From Azolla caroliniana (taxonomy: Eukaryota > Plantae > Polypodiophyta), in assembly GCA_043228905.1 (NCBI GenBank), contig JBHGNT010000009.1, positions 9,672,001-9,736,000 on the forward strand: a DNA stretch of 64,000 nt, in the 5' to 3' direction. A model generated the notes under the pieces. The model ran no database searches. It saw only the letters and a list, made by a program, of their open reading frames with translations, and was not told the origin of the DNA. The position numbers and the translations under genes were made by a program. Shown in pieces: positions 22,709 through 35,921 of the stretch; the first letter of the stretch is position 1, and the number at the start of each line of letters is the position of its first letter.

Positions 22709-24510
22709 GCAGTGTTGGGCAAAGTCCTAGGAACAGTGTTAGCGTTCTGGTTGGGTTGGGACTTTTGCCGGCCAAGGTGGGGGACAACCGGAATTGATTC
22801 CGGCCAAGTTTTCTACCAACCGGAATCTAGCTGGTTCAAAAACTATGAACCGGCTATTTATGTTGTTTATGTAAAAAAAAGGTAAAAAGAGAAGTTCTTA
22901 TGTATTCTTTTTTTCTTTCCCCCTTTTTACCCCCTTTTACTGTTTTATTTTCCCCCTCTTTTTGTTTTTCTCCCTCTCTGTGTTTGATTTCTTGCTCGCT
23001 ACTCCCGAGTCCCTCCTTGTTGCTCATTGCTCCCTCCTCGTTGCTTGCTGCTCACTGCTCCCTCCTTGTTGCTCGTTGCTCGTTGTCGTTCCTCCTTCCT
23101 ACTTCCTCGTTTGCTAACAACTGCTTGTTATTCGTTGCTCGTTACTCGCAAACGCTCCTCACTACTCCCTGTTCATTGCACATTGCCCATTGCTCATTGC
23201 TTATTTGTAATTTCTCACTGATTGCTGCTCCTTCCTCGTTGATTGCCGCTCATCACTCATAATGGCCGCTCGCTGATTGCCGCTGGTCACTCATTGATTC
23301 CCGCTTGCTTATTGTCGCTCGTCACTCGTCGCTCACTGATTTCCGCTCGTTGATTGTCACTTGTTGCTCATCGCTCACTGATTGTCGCTCGCTGATTGTC
23401 GCTCGTCGCTCATTGATTGCCACTCGTTGATTGTCGCTTGTCGCTCACTGATTGCCGCTCACCGCTTGCTGATTGTCGCTTGTCACTCGTCGCTCATCAT
23501 TCGTTACTCGCCGCTCACCACTCATTGATTCCCCCAAGTTACTTGCCGCACATTGATCGTTGCTCATTACTTGCCACTCACTAGGAGTTGTTCATCGCTC
23601 GTCACTCGATGCTCTCTATTGTGGGGTGAGTGCACATTTTTAAGTAGTACAGTCTTGTACCCTCAATCCATTTTCTCATATAATTATGTGAACTTGCATT
23701 ACCCTGTTTATTTTCCTTCTAGGTTGTATGTTTTTATTCTAGAATATTCATATTAATAAGTGTAGGCTTCATGTACGTAGTTTGATGACAATAAGACCTT
23801 AAGACCATTCATAAAATGTAACAATAATGAAGAGATTCATTTTGCAATACATCACAATGTAGGCTTTCAATCAAACATTCATGTATGACATTTTCAATTA
23901 TCAAGTGATTTGATCACTTCTTAAACGTCTCTTGAACATTGTAAGGCAAAGATGTGGGAACATCGCAAAGTATGTGCATTGGAGAAGCGGGTTGAATCTT
24001 CATGCTTCTTTTTAGTGGCTGAACATGAAGTCGTGAAGATGTAAGGAACCTAGGTGTGGAAAGAGATTTACGCTTCTTCATCATCATCATCAAGGGGCTA
24101 CTATGATAAACAAATTAGGCAAATCTAAAATACTATTTACTTATTACAATATAACTAGACGAATCAACAAATTTGTGATGAGAATCAACATGTATTTCAA
24201 ACATATGTAGTGGAGGATAGGTTGAAAATCGGGAGGGAATTATGCACAACAAATTATTTTAGCACAAAAAAAGCACAAAAAGATTATGAGAATAGACAAG
24301 AATAAATCACAAGGAGAGATGTATATTTCATTATTACCTTGCATTTGTATTGTCATCTTGTTTTAATATATACGCCACTTTTGTAAAATGAAGTTGAGGG
24401 TTGATTTTGGTACCCAGTAGAGAATGCTCCAACTTTGAAAAGGATCGTTGAAAGTCTAGGCATTTAACACTATTATTTATCTTTCATGGATCATTTAAAT
24501 GGTGAAAATG
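22709..24510 (+). mobile_element. Possible decayed DNA transposon (hAT-like) with a low-complexity subterminal array
   Basis: Copia sequence stops abruptly at CAGTGTT.. (twice), followed by AACCGG motifs and a degenerate repeat array. No intact ORF or right end was identified. Confidence 0.3.
22980..23620. repeat. Degenerate tandem / low-complexity array
   Basis: Recurring GCTCACTGATTGCC and GCTCGTT/GCTCGCT units, mostly of 7 or 14 nt. Confidence 0.8.
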
Positions 24511-24514
24511 TTTT

Positions 24515-27240
24515 ATACTTTCTTTCTTTTTTCCAAAATGAAGCTACTTTCCCATTAGTTAGGAAGGATTATTACATAGAGAGTCTACAAGGAGACTTAT
24601 ACACACATCGGGGAGTCTTCCTCTGATCAAGTAAAAGAAGATGAGCCTACTTACAATGCCTTGAGGCCTAAATTAATGTAAGAAGCTACCTATATCTAAG
24701 GCGATGCCCTTCAATGTTGCCTAGTACGAGTCGGCTCTTGGGGCCTACAACGAAGAGAGGGTGATAGGTGAGTAGGAAACAACCAGCGTGGGGGCTGGTA
24801 ATTCCACCTCGGGCCACTCCCGCCTTGCATCACCATAGGTGTGTTCCGCCATTTCTGCCAAAAGCGCAAACGGGCACAGACCATGTCGTTGGAGTGGCTG
24901 CAAATCTCTTCCAGTTGCCCTCATAGGCAACTGATAATCGCGAACCATATGTCCATGATCACTTCCTTCGGGGGCCGTACCGTACCTTGGAAAACCTTGA
25001 GGCAACGCGCTTTCCATATATACCACAAGGTGAAACCTGCGATCAGCATCCAGATTTCTGGAAACCTAGGGGATGCGGGCTGCAAGCCTCTTTCGAAACG
25101 GATCTTGGCGATTTTGCCTCTCGTGCATACATAGCACCAACTATCCGCATTGACGGTGTCCGTCCACCCTTCGACCGAGTGATCAATCCATGCCACAGCG
25201 CTCCACGAGGCTGTTCCTTCAACTTCACATGCTGCAAGGAGGCGAGTCACTCTATCCCAGATCTTTTGAGCTTGAGGGCAATCCCACAGACAATGTCTCA
25301 GAGTCTCAATAGGTCAAGAGCGAAGTGGGCAGCCTAACGGGATGCCACATTTATCTAGCCATTTGCCAACGGGCACCACATTATGACCGATCTGCCACCA
25401 AAAGAGCTTGATCTTTTCAGGCATGTGGAGACACCAGAGACCTTTCCAAAAGTTAATGAGCACCTCATCAGGGATGCCCAATGTTCGCCAACCATTGCGA
25501 AGGGGGCTGCCTAGCTGCAACTGCAAAGTCCGACCCAATTTAGTGGTGTAATCGAAGAAGTGATGGAGTCTATCGTCATGTTTCCATCTGAAATCCCCTG
25601 GGTCCCAATCCAGATCAACAAGGGGGTGACAACCATATACACTTAACCTCCAATGGGGTTCCACCTTAGCAACATCCGGGTTTGTTTTCCAGATGTTGTC
25701 AACCTGTGCCACCACTCGGATTGGGTGCCAAGAGCCCCTGCTCTGACTGTCCCCAAAAACTGTATCTCTCCCCGATCTGCTCACACCCTTTAGTGACTTG
25801 ACCATTCCAACCTCGTCAAAGAGACCGAACCATGCATGTTCTCTCGCCACCCCCATCGGAACCCTGTGAACTGCCTCAGCTATCAGTCTCCGGATTTTCG
25901 TAGCTCCCTTGAGGGGAGGGAAATGGTCCTCTTGGGCTCTTCCTAAAACAACCATGCGTCTCCAATCATCTCTAGATAGGAGGCCTGTTTGTGCCAGCTT
26001 TCCCCATGCTAGGCCCTTAAGTTTCCCTAGCATCGTGTCGTCACTTGTTCGCACGTGAGGATTCCAAAATAGTGGCTGTCTAGTCCATTCGGTCAATGTC
26101 TCCGGGATGTGTTTGACCAAATGCTGTCGTAGATGGCACCATGCCCGCAAGATGGAGTTCGCGACCCTGTCCTCCGGATGGCAAGCTAGCTTGGGTGGGA
26201 CTCCGCTCGTGCAACACCAATTCAAGGAGTCGGGCCAAGGCCTACCATACTTGGGAGTCCCTGCTTGCAGCCTGTTGTGAAGTAGTACCTTCCAGCACCC
26301 CTTACCTGGCAGGAGGCAGCGAACCACCATTTTAGCCAACAATGAATGACTCTGCATTAAGGGGTCTATGAGGCCAAGCCCCCCTTTGGCCCACGGTTGC
26401 GTTAACCAACACCATGACACTCTGGTAGTAGCCCTTGGGTTGTCCTTACTTGACCATATAAACCCCCTGATGGCAGCCTTAATTGCGTGTAGACCTGTAA
26501 GGTCCATAATTCAGCAGGAGACTGATTGCCACATGGTAGCGAGCAGCACTTGGTTCGCAACAAGGACCCTACTAGCGAAGGATAGTTTAGATCTACTCCA
26601 TTGGGTCAACTTCCTATTTATTTTGGCTTGTACGTGGGCCAATTGCGCTCCCTTGGGGATTGACCTCCCCATTGTAAATCCAAGGTACTTGAACGTCATC
26701 CCATTAGGGACCCACATAAAATCGGCATGGGGTTGCCATCTTGGTTTCTCTTGTTCGCTGAACCATAGGCCTTGGGTTTTATTCCAATTGATCTTCGCAC
26801 CAGCCGCCTGACAAAAGTTCTCGACAAGATGTTCAGCCCGCTGCAAATTCTCCTCATCACCTTGCAAGAAATGAACCGTATCGTCGGCATATTCAGATAA
26901 CAACAAATCTTTAGTCGCTTTGGGGATGGACAATCCCCGCAGTCTGCTAGTTGGTGCTTGTAAGAAGGCGGAGAAAGCCTCAGTGACAAAGAGATAGAGA
27001 TATGGGGCTAGGGGACAACCTTGCCTCACTGAGCGTTGTAGTTGGAAGGCGGGTCCCCTAGAACTAGCCATCAGCACGCTACTCGTAGCTGTCCAATAGA
27101 GTGCAGAAGTGCAATTCCTCCATTTTTGAGGTAGGACCAAAGCTCTCATCACATTTTCCAAAAAGGGCCATAACACCCTATCGTAGGCCTTCTCAAAGTC
27201 TAACATCAGAATAGTCGAGCTCGATACGGAGCGGCCGGCC
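24515..27240 (-). mobile_element. 5'-truncated LINE (L1/Tx1-type ORF2: RT and C-terminal zf-RVT-like region)
   Basis: LDFEKAYDRV, SVRQGCPLAPYLY, EYADD, FKYLG, PEKIKLFWW and LWYIWKARC in ORFs 26511-, 25314-26507 and 24921-25250. A-rich tail on the minus strand at about 24515-24532. Confidence 0.9.
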
Positions 27241-27244
27241 AATG

Positions 27245-27932
27245 CCATAGCTTCCCGATGGCAAAGATGATGACTGTGCGGACCATAATTGCACTCACAG
27301 CTACGAAAGGGTGGCATCTCCACCAAATGGACGTCAAGAACGCCTTTCTTCAAGGAAAAATAGAAGAGGAGGTGTACATGGTACAACCACCCGGATTCGA
27401 ATCGAAAAATCATCCGAAAGCAGTCTGTAGACTAAAGAAGCCACTCTATGGCCTTAAGCAAGCACCACATGCTTGGCATTCGAAGATCACTCAACATCTT
27501 CATCAAATTGGCTTTCGAATGTCGAAATCGGACAACTCCCTGTACATCTGAAACGAGTTGAAAAACCCAATTGTCATCATCCTGTATGTGGATGATCTAG
27601 TAATTGGAGGAAAGGATTTCTCCAAGATTAATAAGGTAAAATCACTCCTATTCGGCAGATTCGAAATGAAAGATATGCACAAGCTCCATTACTTCCTTGG
27701 TATCGAAGTAATTCGGACACCAATCGGGATATTGATCACTCAACGACACTACATTTTCAACTTACTCTACAAGTTCGGAATGACCGAGTGCAAACCTATG
27801 TCTACCTCTCTCGACCAAAATCTCAAGCTCAATGTCGATTTGGGCACCGACAAGTGCGAGTTGACTCAGTATCGACAATTGATCGGCAGCCTAATCTATC
27901 TAACCATCACACGATCCGATCTTAACTATTCA
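27245..27932 (+). pseudogene. Ty1/copia (family A) RT fragment
   Basis: QMDVKNAFL, LYGLKQAP, LYVDDL and GSLIYLTITR. Confidence 0.9.
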
Positions 27933-29390
27933 TCAATATGGATCCTCACAAGGGTCAACTCTTCCTCATCCACGTTATCTCGTAGTCAGTGATACCTTCT
28001 CTGTATATGCTTGGTCTGGGAGTGGTCAACAACATTCCTGGCTAGATGTATGGCATTCTGATTATCACAGTGGAGTAGGAATTTTTCTTGTTTCATTCTT
28101 AATTCATTGAGGAAATTCTTCATCCATATCAACTCCTTTTCGGTGTCTACCACAACCATATATTCTGCCTTTGTGGTTGACAAAGCCACGACCTTTTGCA
28201 ATCTCGACTGCCATGACATTGCTCCCCTGACACTACATAGGTCATCACATAACCTGATGTGGATCAACTGGAGTCTAAATCCCTTGACATGTCCAAGTCG
28301 GTAAAACCGTTGAGCATAGGTTTTCCAAAACCATACATGAGGCATACCCTTGAGGTGCTTTTAAATACCTAAGTATCCATTTCACAGCGGCCCAATGTTC
28401 TCTTCTTGGATTACTCATATATCAACTTACTGTTCTGACCACAAATGCTATGTTTGATCTCGTACTGACCATAGCATACATCAAGTTGCCGACGGCCGAC
28501 TCTTTTTGGACATTGTCTAGCATTCAACTTGCAATGCAGATCCCACTGGTTTTGCTTCCGACATGTTAAATATTTCCAAAACCTTTGTCACATACTTCTC
28601 TTGTGACAACCATAACACATTCTTAGTTTTGTCTCAAACAATGTGCATCGCCAAAATTTGCTTTGCCGGTCCAAGATCTTTCATGGCAAACAACTTGCCT
28701 AGAGCTTTCTTCAAGCTCGCAATCTTCTTGGTGTATTGTCCACCACTAACATGTCATCTGCATATAGCAAGAGAATCAAGAAGTCTCCTTCATTATACCT
28801 TTTGACAAACACACAATGATCAACTTGTGTTTTATGGAATCCATGTTCCAACAAGCTCTTCTTTATTCGACAAACTAGATTCTCTTTTCCTTCCTCCACA
28901 AAACCTTCAGGTTGCTACATATAGATCTCTTCATCTAATTCCTAATGCAAGAATGCTGTTTTGACATCCAATTGGTCTATGTCCATATTCATACTGGCAA
29001 CAATACTTAACACTATTCGAATGGATGTCATCTTTAAAACTGGTGCAAATATTTCATCAAAGTCCCCTTTTTTTCTACTGAAATCCCTTTACTACAATCC
29101 GAGCCTTGTATTTGGGTGGGCTTCCATCTTCCCCATTTTTCAGCTTGAAGACCCATTTGTTTCTCAGTGCTCTCTTACCTTTTGGTAGTTCCACCAAGTC
29201 ATTGGTGTAATTTTTATGCAAGGAGTCCATTTCGTCTTGCATTGCACTCTATCATTTCTCTTTGTGCTCATCAGCCATGGCTTCTTCATAACATTCTTCC
29301 TCACCTTCATCAGTTAATAGAATGAATTGACTGAAGTATCGAGAGGGTGCTTTCCTTTGTATGAGTGGATATCTTCCACCTCCCATGGTC
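27933..29390 (-). pseudogene. Ty1/copia (Tnt1-like family B) RT/RNase H fragment
   Basis: LLLYADDML, ALSTTKAEY, HCDNQNAIHLA and TKHIQRRYH. Confidence 0.85.
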
Positions 29391-30212
29391 TGTTAGGTAT
29401 ATGTCCCTCCTATGGGAGGAGTCGATTGTTCGGCTGAGTAAGAGCTAACAATCAAAGACATGGAGTAGCTAACTGTTTGGGTTGAGAGTCGACATTCGAA
29501 GACATGGAGAGCCAACTGAGAGAGTCAACCAAGAAGAGTCAATAGTAGATGATCCAAGTGGAAGACAAGGCCGACTAGTTGGGCCGAGTAGACAGTCAAC
29601 ATAGGTGTCGACTAGTCGAATCAACTCGTTGACTAGTTGGCTGATTAACTGTTACTATTATTATTAGTATAATAATAGGAATGAAAGTAGTAGAGGTTAC
29701 ACTTGTAAATAGCCCATATGGTGTATAAGTATAAATACACCTAAGGCAAACTTTATGATAGAGTCGTATAGAAAAAAGTGCAGAATACGGTTTCTATAGA
29801 GGGTAACAGAGAGCGTGTGAGCGATAGTGGCACGATAGCTGAAAAGACAACAGACACCAAGAACCCTTTGTGGTTGATACACTCTGCACAGAAGAGTGTT
29901 GTATTCTGGTCTCCCTTGTATTCTTTGTTGTGTAGTGGAAGATTTGTTCTCTCGTGGTTTTCCCCGTTTAGGGTTTCCACGTAAAACTGTATGCATTGTG
30001 TATTGTGCCTTTGTTGTTTTCTGTCTTTCCACGGTATTGTGTATTTCAAGTTAGTCTTTCTCACAGATCTTTGGATCCAATATCTACAAACTGGTATCAG
30101 AGCTTGAGGTGCAAGCATGGAAAGAGGTGTGAGTGGCTTCCCAGGTGTGATAGTTTTAAACTGTTAGAACTATGCAGATTGGAAGATAAAGATGGAACTT
30201 CTATTTCAAAAT
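29391..30212 (+). mobile_element. Copia 5' LTR (29391-30088), tRNA-iMet PBS (30092-30103) and start of gag
   Basis: TG...CA termini, TATAAATA at about 29730, tggtatcagagc PBS, and the gag N-terminal motif NYADWKIKME. Confidence 0.75.
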
Positions 30213-31931
30213 AAACTCAATATTCTGTACATACAATGTGCTCACAGAGCACTTTTATACAAATCCTTGAAAGGACTAATAGAAGTACTGACAAGTACTT
30301 CAATGCTCGTGCCAAGCTACTGACACTAACTCCCAAAAGTATGCCTACGTACTAGGCTAGAATCGTAGGCCTCTAACAGCCTACTGGTTACACCGATCTA
30401 GATTACAATTCGGTTGTCCGATCCGGCTCTTCATTTCGGACACCAATCGGACACCAATCCGGCTCTTTGTTCCGGACACCGATTCGTCTCTTGGCTTATT
30501 CAGCTGATCCGGATCATGTAGAGCTTACTCGCTCAACACTCCCCCTCAAGCTCAACTTGAAGTCGGATCGTGGTGTTAGTGTCTATCGGTCCTTCCCTTT
30601 GGCTCCTCTTGGCGTCTGTCCCCCTTGCTTCTCCTCGACCCGTCCGGTCCCGTTTTCCATGACCCATCGGGTTCCGCACATCTCGACCTTCTCAGTCGGT
30701 CTGGCTGCTGGAAAGGCCCATCTCAGCTCCTTCGTTGTGGTGACTTCAGCGTTTCTAGACCCATTGGTTCCTCCGTGTCAGCATCGACTTCCACTGCCTT
30801 CAAATCTGTTTTGCATTCTGTTAATTTGGCTCCTCAGAATCGAATGCTCCATCCGAATCGGATGCCTCCGATTCATTCTAGCTCATGTCCAAATTAGTTG
30901 TCTCCAACTTGTCCTTGATCTTCAGGCCCTTTACCACATCAGACCATGTCCGGGTCTTGGCCTTCTTCTTCCGGTCAGCTATGTCCTTCTTGACTCTACT
31001 GTCGTCACCGCTTGTTCCGACTTTTTCGGATGTGCCGACTTCCACTGCCTTCTAGTCCGTTTGGCCTCCGTGTCGGCATTGACTTCCGCGGCCTTCTAGT
31101 TCATTTGACCTTTTGTTGATTCGGCTCCTCTAAATCGAACGCTACATCCGAATCAGGTGTCTCCGATTCGTTCTAGGTCTTGTCTGACTTTGTTGTCTCC
31201 AACTTGTCCTTGATCTTTAGGCCCTTTACCACATCAGACCATGTATGGGTCTTGGCCTTCTTCTTCTGGTCAGCTCAGTCCTTCTTGACTTTGTCATCGT
31301 CGCTGTTTGTTCCAACTTCTTCAGTTGACTCGACTCCCTTTTTCTTCTTGTCTCCCCTTGTTTCTGTCTTTTCCTCCTCTCCAATGCCTTCTCCTATTTC
31401 CCAATACCTGTTCTGGTTCGCCCCCTCAAGTGCGGCATGTCGAGATGTTGCAACCCAAGCATCTCCGAAAAATATTGCAACTTTTCTGATCCAAGTGGCT
31501 TCGTGAAGATGTTGGGAACCTGTTGATCGGTTCGAACATATTGAAGTTCGACTTCACCGCTCAGGACCTGCTCGCGCATAAAGTGATAATGCACTTCTAT
31601 GTGCTTTGTGCAAGCATGGAAGACAGGGTTCTTAGCGAGCTGCATGCTACTGATGTTGTCACAATAGATCGGGATTGGAGTGGGGACTTCAATCCAGAGA
31701 TCTTGCAGCAACATCCAAAGCCAGATGGCTTCACAGGTGGCGACAATAGCTCCACGATACTCAACCTTAGTGGTTGACATGGCCATTTTCAATTGCTTCT
31801 AGCTGCTCCACGCAACAATCATGCTACTCAGAGAAAAGATAAAACCGGATGTTGACCGACGATTCGACGCATCACCGGCCCAGTCGACATCTGTATATCT
31901 GACTAGCTTTTTAGTTATACCGTGTCGATAT

Positions 31932-32620
31932 TGTTAGGAAACAAGTCCCTTCGGATGGGAAGTGAGAAGAACAATACTGATGAGAAAACTCGGATGAGAA
32001 GTACCCGGCAAGAGCCGGATGGTAAAGACCCGGTGAGAACCGGATGAGAAGTACCTGGCAAGAGCCGGATGGTGAAGACCCGGTGAGAACCGGATGACGA
32101 CTACCCGGCAAGCGCCGGATGATGCAAGCCTGGTCAGGAGTGCTCACCGGATGAAGGGACATATTCGTAAATATGTTTCTGAGAGTCCATCGGGACTATA
32201 TTTGTAAATAGCCGGAAAGTCATATTAATATAAATATGACTTAGGGAAAACTCTTTGTAAGTTGTTAGGAGTTGTTGTCATTCTTGTTGGTGCAATACTA
32301 GAGAGCGCGTAACAGTGTACAGAGAGAGAGAGAGAGAGAGAGAGAGGAAGAGGTCGTTGCCTTTGTTGTAACCGCCGCCTGTGGCGAAGATCGTGAGTAC
32401 GAGGTCGTTGCCTCCGTGAGCTCACTGTTGTAATCATTGTGATATAGTGATAGTTTGGAGTCTGTGGACTCCCGTGGTTTTTCCCTCTCAGGGTTTTCCA
32501 CGTTAAACATCCTATGTACTCTTCTCTCCTTTGTGTCGTGCCTTCATTCCCGTTTTCTGTGTTTGATTCGAAGCTCGGTTGTGGCCGAGCGGTGTTCATC
32601 GGAGCGTCTAGTTCCTGTCA
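31932..32620 (+). repeat. 5' LTR of family B copia, with a 50-bp tandem array (about 31991-32140) and a (GA)n tract
   Basis: Direct repeat of 43526-44210 with scattered transitions. Confidence 0.95.
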
Positions 32621-35600
32621 AAGTGGTATCAGAGCGAGGCAACACAGAAAAATGGACGATTCGTTGGGAGGCATGTTCAAGCTCACCGGCTCCAACTATT
32701 CGGTGTGGAAGTCGAAGATGAGGGACATGCTCGTGGTTAAAGATCTTTGGTTGCCGGTTCAGTTTGGGGACAAGAGACCGGACAAAATCGACGCCACGAT
32801 ATGGGCGGTGATGTACATGAAGACAACGACGTATATACGGTGTTTCATCGACATGAATCTATACAACAACTTCAATGAAGAGAGGAAGGCTCATGAGCTC
32901 TGGGAGAAGATCGGCATTATGTTTCAAAACAAAAATGTTGTTAATCAGGTTTCGGTATTCCGGAAGCTAGTAAGACTCCGGTACCAAGATGGCTCCAGCA
33001 TGGCGGAGCACATGAATGCCTTCCAGGGGCTGATCAACCAGGCAACATCATTGGAAGTACCTCTTGCCAATAAGGTACTAGCACTACTCCTGCTCGGTTC
33101 CTCCTAGATAGCTGGGAGACGTTGGTTGTCACCTTGGGCAACGCCGGGCCGGAAGGGAAACGGTTATCCCTAGCAAGAGTGAAGTCGAGCTTGCTAGATG
33201 AGGAGGCGCGTCGGAAAGATAAGGATACGAGCTCCGACTCCAAAGCGCCCCTTACCAAATCGGAACGTGGAAGACAAAGGAGTCAAAGTCAAGGTGGAGG
33301 CCTACTTGCTTCTATTGCGGCAAGCCGGGACACTTCCAGAAGAACTGTCGGCATTTCCGAAAAGACAAGGAAACCGATGGTACCAATTCGAAGCGGACAC
33401 CGGACCGGAACGGTAAAGACCGGAGGGGAATGGACCGGAAGGGGATGACGGCAATCGCGGCAAGTGAAGAAGAGTTGATGCTCATCACCGAGGAGAGTGA
33501 GCTAAACCTTGCCGGCGATGAGATGACCGGGGGTGGTCGACTCCGGAGCGTCGTTCCACCTTACCCCGAACCGGAAATGCTTCTCATCCTACGTAGCCGG
33601 TGATCACGGCTGTGTCCGGATGGGGAATGAAGGTACATGCCGAATTGTCGGCATAGGAAACATGTGGTTGGCAACACCAACCGGATGCAAGATGCTGTTG
33701 AAGGATGTCTGACACGTTCCGGAGGTTCGTCTGAACCTGATATCAGCCGGTCGGCTATATGATGAAGGCTACACGGGTAGCATCTGGAACGGTGTTATGA
33801 AGTTCAGGAAAGGCAGCCTGATTGTGGCTCGGGCCCGGAAGGTAAACACGTTGTACCTGATGAATGCCCGGTTATGTCCGGATGAAGTGAACGTGGCATT
33901 CGACACTGCCGGTGAGTTGTGGCACAAAAGGCTGTGTCACATGAGCAAGAAGGGGATGAAGAGGCTTGCAGACGACAACCTCATTCCAGTGAAGAACGTG
34001 CACTTGGAGAAGTGCAATGATTGTTTGGCCGGTAAGCAAAACTGGACCTCCTTCTGACCAAGGCAACCGATGAGACGCAATGCACCACTAGAGTTGGTCC
34101 ATACTGATGTGTGTCAAGTGGACACGAAGTCACATGCAGGATCGCAGTACTTCGTGATGTTCATAGATGACCACAGCCGGAAGCAGTGGGCCACACCGTT
34201 GAAGACGAAGGATCAGGTGCTATCCGTCTTCAAAGAGCTCCACGCGAGAGTGGAAAGAGAAACCGGCCGGAAGCTGAAGGCGGTTCGAGCAGATAACGGA
34301 GGTGAATACCGGGGGTAGTTCGAGGAGTACTATCGCTCGAAGGGAATCCCACTCGAATTTACCGTGCCGAAGATGCCGGAACTAAACGGGCTGGCCGACA
34401 GGATGAACCAGACCATAATGGAGAGGGTCCGGAGTATGCTGGGGCATGCAAGACTACCCAAGAAGTTTTGGGCTGAGGCACTGTCGACGGCGACATATGT
34501 GATAAGCAGATCACCCTCAGTACCCTTGGACGGAGACACACCACAGAGAGTCTGGACCGGTAAGGAAGTGTCCTACCGGCATTTGAAGGTATTCGGGTGT
34601 CTTGCGTACGAGCATGTAGCTAAGGACCAGAGAGGAAAGTTAGATCCAAAGACCCGGCCATGCATATTCCTCGGTTAAGGTGACGATGAGTTCGGCTACC
34701 GAGTGTGGGACCTGGTCGACAAGAAGGTATTTCGGAGTCGAGATATTATCTTCATGGAGGACAAGACGCTCACCGACTGGGAGTCGGAGAAGAAGATAAT
34801 GAACTCTGAATCGACCGGTAAGGATCGATTCTACGATGAGCAAACCCAACCGGCAAGAGACCGGTTAGCACTCGAGGAACCAGCCGGTTACGGTGAGGAT
34901 ACCGAACCGGCAGAAGAAGAAGTAGAGGAAGCTGAAACCAGAACCAGCCAAGACCCTGAATCGGATTCGGATGAAGAGCAAATGGAGGAGCCGGCTCTCG
35001 AAGCCCAGAGACAGAGATATCCTCTCAGAGAGAGAAGGCCCCCTCGGAGATTTTCGGATGCAGAGCATGTGCTGCTAACCGATGAGGGGGAGCTAGAAAG
35101 CTTCGAAGAAGCGAAGGATGACACCCACAGCCGCAAATGGTTAAGTGCCATGCAAGATGAGATGGATTCCCTACATGAGAACCATACGTACGAATTGGTG
35201 GAGTTGCCGAAAGGAAACCGGGCACTCCGAAACAAGTGGGTGTACAAGTTGAAACCGGGAGATGCCGGCAACCCCCCGAGATACAAATCCAGGATCGTGG
35301 TGAAGGGGTTCCAGCAGAAGAAGGGCGTGGACTTCGACGAGATATTTGCCCCGGTAGTAAAGATGATCTCCATCCGGATGGTGCTGAGTATAGCGGCAAG
35401 CATGGACCTCGAGGTAGAGTAGCTGGACGTGAAGACGGTTTTCCTTCACGGTGACCTCGAAGAGGAGATCTACATGTAGCAACCGGAAGGATTCGTGGAT
35501 AAGGGGAAGGAGCACCTGGTATGCCGGTTGAAGGAGAGCCTGTATGGACTGAAGCAGCACCTGGTATGCCGGTTGAAGAAGAGCCTGTATGGACTGAAGC

Positions 35601-35921
35601 AGGCTCCCCGACAATGGTACCGGAAGTTCGACTCCTTCATGACCGATCAAGGGTATCACAAGACACAGGCTGATCACTGTGTGTTTGTGAAGAAGTTCGA
35701 AGGAGGCGACTTCCTGATACTCCTTCTGTATGTGGACGACAAGTTGATCGTCGGACGGGACCAAGCCAAAATACGGATGCTGAAGAAGGCTCTCAATCGG
35801 ACCTTCTCAATGAAAGACTTGGGTCCGGCAAGACAGATGTTGGGGATGCATATCATCCGGAACCGGCCAACGAAGCAATTGTGGTTGTCATAGGAGAAGT
35901 ACGTGACAAAGGTGCTTCAGC

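Noticed and set aside
22900-23262. Hydrophobic membrane-protein-like ORF
   Set aside because: It is the translation of a pyrimidine-rich low-complexity repeat.
26511-27413. 300-aa ORF as a single protein
   Set aside because: Its N-terminus is the antisense of a copia RT fragment fused by chance to LINE RT.
30467-31099. 210-aa plus-strand ORF as a gene
   Set aside because: It runs antisense across the LTR, PPT and 3' region of a copia element and has no recognisable motif; probably a shadow of the sense frame.
31991-32140. CRISPR-like array
   Set aside because: Contiguous 50-bp tandem units with no unique spacers, inside an LTR, and no cas genes.
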